A stretch of 64,000 bases of DNA from Macrostomum lignano. Taxonomy: Eukaryota. Positions 50,791-61,259 of this stretch are shown in pieces. Below the pieces are notes generated by a model, which saw only the letters and a program-made list of their open reading frames with translations, did no database searches and was not told where the DNA came from. How positions within the stretch are numbered: the first letter of the stretch is position 1; every line of letters starts with the position of its first letter. Where the stretch lies: positions 620,001 through 684,000 of the forward strand of contig NIVC01000001.1 of the NCBI GenBank assembly GCA_002269645.1, written 5' to 3'. Both the position numbers and the translations under genes were made by a program.

Positions 50791-50904
50791 TAGCATTTTG
50801 CTCCCCGTTTAGGCGTATGGTAATCTACTCGACTGATCCGGTACGCAATGGCAACTCCCTTAGGGGGTAAAGAGTCAATTGCCTAAACGGGGCGCAAAAG
50901 GCTA
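50791..50904. mobile_element. Tiny TA-flanked inverted-repeat element (Tc1/mariner-type MITE-like)
   Basis: TA-gcattttgctccccgtttaggc ... gcctaaacggggcgcaaaaggc-TA: 22-bp TIR with 2 mismatches. Confidence 0.55.
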
Positions 50905-51227
50905 AATTATAATTTTGTGAAAGACGCGCCCAGCAAAGAAAAGGGAAATTCACTGGGAATCCAAGTCTCTGAAGAGAACGCCATATTTGATTAGCGAAAA
51001 CAACGTGAACTGCGTGAGAAAACTGTAAATAAAAAATGACAAGATGCTATGGCAAGAACTGACATAAGCGGAGCTGGAAACCGAAGTCAGGACACTACGC
51101 ATTAATACAATGAAGACTGGAAAATTTGAATGCTTGAGATTTTTATGGATAGAAAGTGCAAAAGGTTAAGAATAGAAAATGTTGGGAAGCTAAAAATTGG
51201 GATTCCTGAATAGGGAAGACGGTAGGA

Positions 51228-51545
51228 TCTGTGGGTGGGGAACAGCAGATGAGTGGGGAACAGAATGGGATCTGTGAGTGGGGAACAGAATGGGATCTGT
51301 GAGTGGGGAACAGAATGGGATCTGTGAGTGGGGAACAGAATGGGATCTGTGAGTGGGGAACAGAATGGGATCTGTGAGTAGGGAACAGAATGGGATCTGT
51401 GAGTGGGGAACAGAATGGGATCTGTGAGTAGGGAACAGAATGGGATCTGTGAGTGGGGAACAGAATGGGATCTGTGAGTGGGGAACAGAATGGGATCTGT
51501 GAGTGGGAACAGAATGGGATCTGTGAGTGGGGAACAGAATGGGAT
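51228..51545. repeat. 25-bp minisatellite (gggaacagaatgggatctgtgagtg)
   Basis: About 12 units. Confidence 0.95.
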
Positions 51546-51630
51546 ACTCAAGTAAGAATAACTGGGTGTGTAGAATCAGCTAGCGGAGGACATTGTCACC
51601 AACAAAAGCAGCTTATGCAGTCACACCCAG

Positions 51631-54600
51631 TTACTCCCCAGCAACCGAGGCGGCGGCAGGCCTCCGACCGTAGACCAGCACGCACGGTACAGCGAAGGCG
51701 GCCTCGTCAAAGACGCGACTGTCAGCCGACAGGCAGTCGACTCTGCCGTCTTCCAATCGGTGCCATCGACAGGCGCCGGCGTCGCCATGGCGACTGCGAA
51801 CGTAAACAACGTATTGCTGCTGAAAGCATCGATAGCGCCAGGCAACGGCCAGCAGATCGTAGCAGTCAGAAGCAGAAGCAGCAGAACCTTCTTCTCCGCT
51901 GATTAACGGCGAAAATCCTCGAATTGGGAAGTCCAAAACGGCTGCCCGATGGTGGCGGCAGTCGGCAAGGCGAATCAACAGGACTGGCGGCAGCGGAGGC
52001 CGCAACTGCTGGCGTCGGGTGGCCCGCTGGCCGAAAGCGCCGCAGGACGGGCACAACCAGGCCTGGCGCCGGTCCAAGCTGCTGCCCGGCCGCCACAGCT
52101 CGGACAGGCAGTCGGACAGGCGGACGCGGTTGCGGCTACGGCCGGGGCCGAACTGGCACCGGCTGGCATCCCAGTTGAAGTCTTGGGCCGACTGCAGTTC
52201 GCAGTGGGAATAGGGGCTGCGCTATTGGCTGAGCTGGGAACATAGACAGCCAGAATGATAATCCATGGACTATTAATAGTAGAGCTTGGACTGGAGTCCC
52301 AGATTCACAATCCATGTACTATCAATAGTAGAGCTTGGATTTGAGTCCCAGATTCACAATCCATGGACTATCAATAGTAGAGCTTGGATTGGAGTCCCAG
52401 ATTCACAATCCATGGACTATCAATAGTAAAGCTTGGATTGGAGTCCCAGATTCACAATCCATGGACTATCAATAGTAAAGCTTGGATTGGAGTCCCAGAT
52501 TCACAATCCATGGACTATCAATAGTAAAGCTTGGATTGGAGTCCCAGATTCACAATCCATGTACTTATCAATAGTAAAGCTTGGATTTGAGTCCCAGATT
52601 CACAATCCATGGACTTATCAATAGTAAAGCTTGGATTGGAGTCCCAGATTCACAATCCATGGACTATCAATAGTAAAGCTTGGATTGGAGTCCCAGATTC
52701 ACAATCCATGTACTATTAATAGTAGAGCTTGGATTTGAGTCCCAGATTCACAATCCATGGACTATCAGTAGTAGAGCTTGGATTGGAGTCCCAGATTCAC
52801 AATCCATGGACTATCAATAGTAAAGCTTGGATTGGAGTCCCAGATTCACAATCCATGGACTATCAATAGTAAAGCTTGGATTGGAGTCCCAGATTCACAA
52901 TCCATGGACTATCAATAGTAAAGCTTGGATTGGAGTCCCAGATTCACAATCCATGTACTTATCAATAGTAAAGCTTGGATTGGAGTCCCAGATTCACAAT
53001 CCATGGACTATTAATAGTAAAGCTTGGATTGGAGTCCCAGATTCACAATCCATGGACTATCAATAGTAAAGCTTGGATTTGAGTCCCAGATTCACAATCC
53101 ATGTACTTATCAATAGTAAAGCTTGGATTGGAGTCCCAGATTCACAATCCATGTACTTATCAATAGTAAAGCTTGGATTGGAGTCCCAGATTCACAATCC
53201 ATGTACTTATCGATAGTAGAGCTTGGATTGGAGTCCCAGATTCACAATCCATGGACTATCAATAGTAAAGCTTGGATTGGAGTCCCAGATTCACAATCCA
53301 TGTACTATTAATAGTAGAGCTTGGATTTGAGTCCCAGATTCACAATCCATGTACTTATCAATAGTAAAGCTTGGATTGGAGTCCCAGATTCACAATCCAT
53401 GTACTATCAATAGTAGAGCTTGGATTGGAGTCCCAGATTCACATTCCATGTACTATCAATAGTAGAGCTTGGACTGGAGTCCCCGACATCCCCGATACCT
53501 TAAATTCCTTTGTACCTTAAGTTAAATCAAGGTAAGGATCCAAAAATGACCCCCATGACAGATGAGTCAACACAAACTCACCCAGGACCGAACCCGAAAC
53601 CATTCAGGCCTGGGCGGCGGCGGCGGCGGCGGCACCAGCAGGTCTTCGGCATCTTCGGTGGCAGCCCTCGGCACCGCGGCGAAATACTCAATAGCAGCCG
53701 GGCCGCCGCTCGATTCCCCGCTGCAGTCGCTGAGATTCGAAAACGTGACAGCCCGACAGTCGGTCTGATAGAAATCGAACTGGCAGTGCTCAAACAGATT
53801 GGCTAGTTCAGTTTTCAAGCTATTTAACCTGCCATTTAGGCTGGACAAGCTCACAGCCAATGGGAAAGCTGGCAGGCTTCCTACAGCACTGTACGCTGCT
53901 GATGCCATGTACACAATAGCGAGAATGTGGTCGCGAGTTCGAACGCAAGACTGGACTGGTTGGACCAGCTCGTAACAGTATATAGAATCCTCCTGGTGCG
54001 GTAGGCCTAAAAAGTACAGGGATAGAGTTAAAACGTGATTTGATAATTATGATCCCAGCAACAAAATCGGGGATTCTGATCCCAGCAAAACTATTTGGGA
54101 TTCTGATCCCAGCAGCACTATTTGGGATTTTTATCCCAACAAAACTACTGGGGATTTTGATCCCGACAAAACTACTGGGGATTTTGATCCTGACAAAACT
54201 ACTGGGGATTTTGATCCCAACAAAACTATTGGGGATTTTGGTCCCAACAAAACTACTGGGGATTTTAATCCCAACAAAACTACTGGGGATTTTGGTCCCA
54301 ACAAAACTACTGGGGATTTCGATTCCAACAAAACTACTGGGGATTTTGGTCCCAACAAAACTACCGGGGTTTTAATCCCAACAAAAAATTAGGGATTTTG
54401 ATCCCAGCAACAATTTGAAAACAAAATAGTCTGCATTACCAGCATCTCACCATAGTCTGCGTACCAATCGTCGGCAGAGAACACCCTAGCCACTTTGCCG
54501 TCAGTCAGTTGAGCCAACAGCAGACAGTCGGAACGAATCTGGATAAGTATACAAAAATCTCAGTTCTATTGGCAGTCAATATATCAAATAAACTCATAAC

Positions 54601-57600
54601 GCAACAGCTACTGACCCCAAATTTCACCCCAATCAGGGCGCACAGATCGCCTGCTTGGCCAGCAGTCGGGGCGTCGATTCGACAGCGCGTCGGCTGATAG
54701 CGTCGCCCAGTTGCCAATGGCAACGCCGGCACCAGACAGAAATGGAACGGACGCAGATTGGCGGATGGCAACAGTGAGTCGGTCGGAGAGTTCAGGCTGA
54801 GCTGCACAAACGGCTGGCAAGCGTCGGACTGGTGGCCGCACTCACAGCATTCGGTGACGCACTGCAGCTGACCTGTGAACAGATCCGACACCAATGTGAC
54901 CGCCGCCGCTGCACCGTCTGCCTCTCTGGGCGGCTGTTTTTTGGAAGCCGAGTGCCCGGCGGCCAGCTCCACATGGAGGCCATTCAGCAGACAAGCCAGG
55001 TAATCCTTGTTTGGTAGTAATTACAGTTTGAAACTTTATAAACTCGAAAAGTCTTGTCTGCGACTGTCACAAGAGCAAAAGTTCACATTTTTTAAATATT
55101 TTACTTGTCCGTTATATACAGATCAAGATAGATATTGTGAAGAGTAGATCCGTGAAGGTTAGATCCTGTAAAGTTTCTATATTGTTAAGGTTAGATCCTG
55201 AGAAGATTAGATCTTGTGAAGGTTAGATCCTGAGAAGATTAGAGCTTGTGAAGGTTAGATCCTGTGAAGATTAGAGCTTGTGAAGGTTAGATCCTGTGAA
55301 GTAGGATGGATCCTGTGAAGCGTAGATCCTGTGAAGCATAGATATTGTGAAGGATAGATCACGTGAAGGATAGATCATGTGAAGAATAGATCTTGTGAAG
55401 GATAGATCCTGTGAAGGATAGATCCTGTGAAGGATAGATCTTGTGAAGGATAGATTCTGTGAAGGATAGATCCTGTGAAGGATAGATCCTGTGAAGGATA
55501 GATCCTGTGAAGGATAGATCTTGTGAAGGATAGATCTTGTGAAGGATAGATCCTGTGAAGGATAGATCCTGTGAAGGATAGATCCTGTGAAGGATAGATC
55601 CTGTGAAGGATAGATCCTGTGAAGGATAGATCCTGTGAAGGATAGATCTTGTGAAGGATAGATTCTGTGAAGGATAGATCCTGTGAAGGATAGATCCTGT
55701 GAAGGATAGATCCTGTGAAGGATAGATCACGTGAAGGATAGATCATGTGAAGAATAGATCTTGTGAAGGATAGATCCTGTGAAGGATAGATCTTGTGAAG
55801 GATAGATCCTGTGAAGATCTTATGAAATCCTTCATCTGATTAAAGACTTTGCTTTTCACGGATATACTCATAAAACTTGGCATTGCCACTTTTCGACACA
55901 ATATAAAGGATCCAATTAAAGAAATTGAAAGTAAGAATGATTGTTAACGAATATTCAAAAGTAAGAATCAATACATTTTTTTGCAAATAAGACAATCATG
56001 GTTCTCGTGGCAACCGAGCCCAACTCACAACGCATTCCAAAGACGCAGCGACAGAGTCAACTCTGCTCAGCTCTTCTTTCGGATCAGCGCAAGCCGACAT
56101 TGTAGCCCGCAATTGGCGCATTAAGATTCGCCCAACAGCTCTGGCCGACACAAACTCGTACAGGCCGGAGGTCATTGCGCGCAGCAGTTCGCAGATTGCG
56201 TCAGTCAGTGGACGACGACGACCAGCTCCGTTGCCTGCTGCGAAGGGTTTGAGATTGCCACTGCCGGAATAAGAGTTGCTAGACTTGGGCATACTGTATC
56301 AGCTTATATTCTCAGCAAGCAAACCTACCAGGCGGTAGGACGAGAAGCTGATCGACCAAGCGCGGCACGCCGCACAGCAGCTGTAGAGCGGCGTTCAAAG
56401 CGCCAGCATCGGCTCCAGGATTGGATAGGCCGCAACAGCAGCCTGCGGGGATGCGCAGTCAGTCAGTCAGTGAGTCAGTCAGTCAGTCAGTCAGTCAGTC
56501 AGTCAGTCAGTCAGTCAGTCAGTCAGTCAGTCAGTCAGTCAGTCAGTCAGTCAGTCAGTCAGTGAGTCAGTGAGTCAGTCAGTCAGTCAGTCAGTCAGTC
56601 AGTCAGTCAGTCAGTCAGTCAACCACTCAGTCAGTCAGTCAGTCAGTCAGTCAGTCAGTCAACCACTCAGTCAGTCAGTCAGTCAGTCAGTCAGTCAGTC
56701 AGTCAGTCAGTCAGTCAGTCAGTCAGTCAGTCAGTCAGTGAGTCAGTGAGTCAGTCAGTCAGTCAGTCAGTCAGTCAGTCAGTCAGTCAGTCAACCACTC
56801 AGTCAGTCAGTCAGTCAGTCAGTCAGTCAGTCAACCACTCAGTCAGTCAGTCAGTCAGTCAGTCAGTCAGTCAGTCAGTCAGTCAGTCAGTCAGTCAGTC
56901 AGTCAGTGAGTCAGTGAGTCAGTGAGTCAGTGAGTCAGTCAGTCAGTCAGTGAGTCAGTGAGTCAGTGAGTCAGTGAGTCAGTCAGTCAGTCAGTCAGTC
57001 AACCACTCACTCAAGTCAGTCAGTCAGTCAGTCAGTCAGTCAGTCAGTCAGTCAGTCAGTCAGTCAGTCAGTCAGTCAGTCAGTCAGTCAGTCAGTCAGT
57101 CAGTCAGTGAGTCAGTGAGTCAGTGAGTCAGTGAGTCAGTGAGTGAGTGGTGAGTGAGTGAGTGAGTGAGTGAGTGAGTGAGTAAGTGAGTGAGTCAGTC
57201 AGTCAGTCAGTCAACCACTCACTCAAGTCAGTCAGTCAGTCAGTCAGTCAGTCAGTCAGTCAACCACTCACTCAAGTCAGTCAGTCAGTCAGTCAGTCAG
57301 TCAGTCAGTCAGTCAGTCAGTCAGTCAGTCAGTCAGTCAGTTAGTAAACGCACAGCTAGTCTGGCTCATAGCAGGCAGCGGCGGTGGCTCCAGCAGGCCG
57401 GAGCGGGCGTCAACCACAGCGCCGGCTTCAATAGCGGCGGTGGCAGCGTCGGCGCGCGGCCAGTGGCCGCTGGCATCGGCGCCGCGGACAACGCGCAGTT
57501 CGATAAGTGCGCACTGGCCAGATCGAACTCTGCCGCGCAATGTCAAAGAGCTGTCAGTCAGCGGGAGGAAAAATCGATAAGGATACTCGCTTCACATTCT

Positions 57601-57975
57601 TTACTCGCTACTCAGTAGTAGGCGATCTCTTAATAAGCATCGTAATTAAACTTGAGAGCACAGAATTAATGCTACTCACTAGTCGGTCACGAGTTCGAAT
57701 CCGCCACTACCGCAGCAGTCGCCAGCAGGCGGAGACAGCCAGAGCCTGGCCGGGGTGTCCGCAGACCAGCTGGCAGCATTATTGGCAGCTTTGATCTCGG
57801 CTTGATTGCCGGTGAGCAGAGCTGTCTGAGCAGCGTTGAGCACAGCGGCAAAGGTGTCAGTGGGTTGGAAACGGTGCACCAAACGGAGATCTGGTCGAGC
57901 AAAGCTGGACAGAGTCAGGCTGAGACTGGGGTCTCGCGATTTTGACTGATCAGAGTCTGCCAAATTGCCGTCCAT
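51631..57975 (-). CDS. USP4/11/15-like ubiquitin-specific protease homolog, predicted catalytically inactive; 8 exons, ~769 aa
   Basis: Exons 57975-57680, 57550-57354, 56442-56329, 56237-56029, 55005-54616, 54538-54451, 54006-53582, 52221-51631 (2310 nt, phases consistent; the exon 4 acceptor is the least certain). UBL (HRF..ARLW..GQCALIE..HWPR), DYLACLLNGLHVEL, DLFTGQL..CCECG..PFVQLSL, LSDCL..WLCPSC, LPPVLLIRL, YDLLAV, VLVYGR. Confidence 0.82.
52255..53482. repeat. 49-50 bp intronic minisatellite (tagtaaagcttggattggagtcccagattcacaatccatggactatcaa)
   Basis: About 24 units. Confidence 0.96.
54040..54410. repeat. 27-bp intronic minisatellite (attttgatcccaacaaaactactgggg)
   Basis: About 13 units. 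Confidence 0.93.
55125..55818. repeat. 16-bp intronic minisatellite (gaaggatagatcctgt)
   Basis: About 40 units. Confidence 0.95.
56456..57340. repeat. (AGTC)n microsatellite ((CTGA)n on the sense strand)
   Basis: Fills almost the whole USP intron 2. Confidence 0.97.
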
Positions 57976-58140
57976 GCCAGGGCGCAGGGACTGAGTTGAC
58001 AAATAATCATATGACTGATGCAGACATAAAATTGAGTGAGAATAAATAAGTGATATACTCATCGAGATTGCTATGTTTGCAATTGTTTTATCATTTAAAC
58101 AATTAAAATTTAAATGTATACACATGCTGGCTGGCCTATA

Positions 58141-61100
58141 ATAATTAGAAGATAGACAGTCTTTGCTTTTTAGATATGGCTTTTCTTCTAAATAAATTTA
58201 TGTTATTTTTATTAGAAGCAAGGGGCTGAGTGCACCCTAGTGCACTTTAAGTGGCATTGACACACAACTGGCAAGAGGCATTACTCCCCATTCTTCTGAC
58301 TCCCCTGAGCAGGCACACACTCACAGGAGTGTACATCAGCCATACACAACCAATCCAGCCAATCTAGCTGGCATAAATTGCGGTAGACTGAAATTGTAAA
58401 TGGCAAAATTAACATTTTGATATTTTTTACATCTAAAAAAAATCTAATAGATTTTTTTTGTTTTATTTTTTTAGGTGCAAAGTTGCAAAACTAAGTCACA
58501 TTTTCAGCCAAAAAAAGTTAATGGCTAGTGTAATCTCAGATTTTGTGCATGCATGATAGTAGGCCTAACTTACTTATCAGAAGATGTATGCCTTAGGAAA
58601 TTGGGATTGCCCTCAATGGTATTAACTATATAAGCAGAGCCAAGCCAAGATTCTAATTTAGCCCTAAATTAATTCCAGATTCATCAATAATAAAATCAAT
58701 AAAAGCTATTTTGCCAAGATAAGAGCAACCTTTCTGACTTTAACTTGCCAATTGGCTAGTGAGTCAACTAAATATCTAGCAAACCAAAATAATAAAAGCT
58801 AGTCTAGTATATTTCAATTTAGATATACAATACTTTATAATTATATGCTGGCTTTGTTGCTGGCACTAAGAGCTAAGACGTGAGATTATATCCAAGATCC
58901 AATTTTAGGATACAATGTGGAAAGTCAATATATTATATAGCATCTCTATTAATGGCTATTGTATATAAAAAACCTAAAAAGCCTACTAGGCATAGATTTT
59001 TTGCTAGTGCTAGGATATAAAATTATATCCAAGGTCTAATTTATAGATGTAGGGTGCAAGCCTAATTTAGAAAGTCAATATGCTATATAGACCTATAGGC
59101 TAGGTAAGCCTATATACTATATAGCTGAATAATGTATAACTTTGGCCAATTATTTATTATCAATATTAAAATTAATATAATAGGATTGGGATGGCTATAC
59201 ACTAAATGACAAATGGAATGGGGTAGCTGACTAAGAGTGAAAGATGAATGAGTCATTATGCTGAATGCCATTTTCTATACTCTTTAAGCAAAGCTTTTGG
59301 CATGCTCTGCCTAATAGTGCTATAAACTTTTTTATTTTTATTGGCATGCCACAACTGTCAAAAGGCCAAAGAAGGTCCTATAGCTTATATTGTTGCAATT
59401 CTAAAAAAGGTAATTAGGCTTTATTGTTACAACTATGAAATTTGCCTCTCTGGTTCATTGGTGCATACTCAATGGATTTGATCCAATCCTCCAACATATA
59501 GCATATAAAGCAAAAAAATTCTCATACACAGTGCATACTTGGGATTATAGGCCATTTGCTTAGTTGTTATATAAATTAACTACATATAGCATAGTAGATA
59601 TAGATCTTAATTTTGGCACTTTTTTCTATCTTAATCTTAGTTTCAAGATCTTGAAAAAAAGTCAAGATTTATATTGTAACTATGACTATTAGTAACTATA
59701 GTGTTTATCATCTTTGATATATAAAGTAATAAAAATGTTGTTATTAACAAGTTCAATATTATATAATAATTGTTTTTCCTTATATAATCATCATTGTATA
59801 CATTTAAAAAATTATTAGCATTGCTAACTATGGTTTGGATTATATATTAGTATATACTAGGTCTAATGCTAGAAAAAATGTACAAGACCTCATTTTTATG
59901 CCAAGACTAAAAAATGTATTATTAATATAACATTTCCATTGTCATATTATTTATACATTGGGATATATGCTAATATAGGGCTATGTTGAAAAATAGCAAA
60001 TAGGCCTAGGCCTACCTTTGTATATTGGGAAATACCAATATATATATTGCCTTTTGAATTATGAACTCATAAATAATGTAAATAAGCTTACTAAATACTA
60101 ATTGGGCTTAATCTATAGAATCTCAAATAAATATTGATTATCATGAAAGTATAGTCTATCTTGAATCTTAAAAATGTGATTTTTTCTGATCCTTACTAGA
60201 TAATATATTTTATAGAGAGCTTGCATGCATGGCACCCATCTACCCAGTGCAATGTTTAAAGTGTATATGGCAACTGCATCTTAACTTATTATATAGTATA
60301 TCATGGCTATGTTGAAAAATGGCAAATAGGCCTAGGCCTACCTTTGTATATTGGGAAATACCAAATATATATTGCCTTTTGAATTATGGACTCATAAATA
60401 GTATAAATAAGCTTACTAAAGACTAATTTGGCTTAATCTATAGAATCTCAAATAAATATTGATTATCATGAAAGTATAGTCTATCTTGAATCTTAAAAAT
60501 ATGATTTTGTCTGATCCTTACTAGATAATATATTTTATAGAAAGCTTGCATGCATGGCAGCCATCTACCCAGTGCAGTGTTTAAAGTGTACATGGCAACT
60601 GCATCTTAACTTATTATATAGTATATCATATATTGTTCAAATTATTGGAAATTAATATTTAAATTAATAAAATAATAGATATGAATTGAGATTATATTGT
60701 ATATAGGATAAAACAAGTAATAAGTTGAATAAATAAGTTTAGTAAATAGTAATTTGCAGATTTGAGGGAAAGGGTCCAATTTGCAATACAGTATATTGCT
60801 AATCTACTAGCTGCCATGCATGAAATTAAAATACAAGGTGGACAGCTGCAATTTATGCAATTTAAATACTATGTGGTATGGATAGTTAACATGTAGATGT
60901 ATGCAATTTAAACATTGCATGGATGGCTATAATGTATGCAAGCTCTCTATATATTTTAATTTTACAATTATCAATAGAAACTGATTGGCCAAAGTTATAT
61001 GCTAGATATGATAAAGATATAATTATCATATTATGCCTATAATAATAGACCTAGGGCCTAGGCCTACTCATAAAAAAGCTAATATTTTTATGGCATGCTA

Positions 61101-61259
61101 AGCTAGCCATATATAGAGATTGCCAGCCTTCTAAATCAACATAATTTTCCAAATACTTGTACTAGGCCTAGGACTAGGCCTATTTCATCTTGCTGTTTAT
61201 TTAAGTACTAAGTAGGCATAGATAGTCCCTGCACCTTAGTAAAAACCTTACTAAGTTAT
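58141..61259. other. AT-rich CpG-depleted block, possibly a decayed transposon
   Basis: Only two CG dinucleotides found by eye (58381, 58879) in ~3.1 kb; no ORF in the track. Confidence 0.7.
59981..60632. repeat. 326-bp direct tandem duplication
   Basis: ctatgttgaaaaat.. starts at 59981 and again at 60307; the copies are highly similar. Confidence 0.93.

Noticed and set aside
52222-52234. In-frame TAG in the last USP exon, suggesting readthrough or pseudogenisation
   Set aside because: The TAG is the splice acceptor (aatag|CGC at 52222); using it restores a phase-0 junction and an uninterrupted frame
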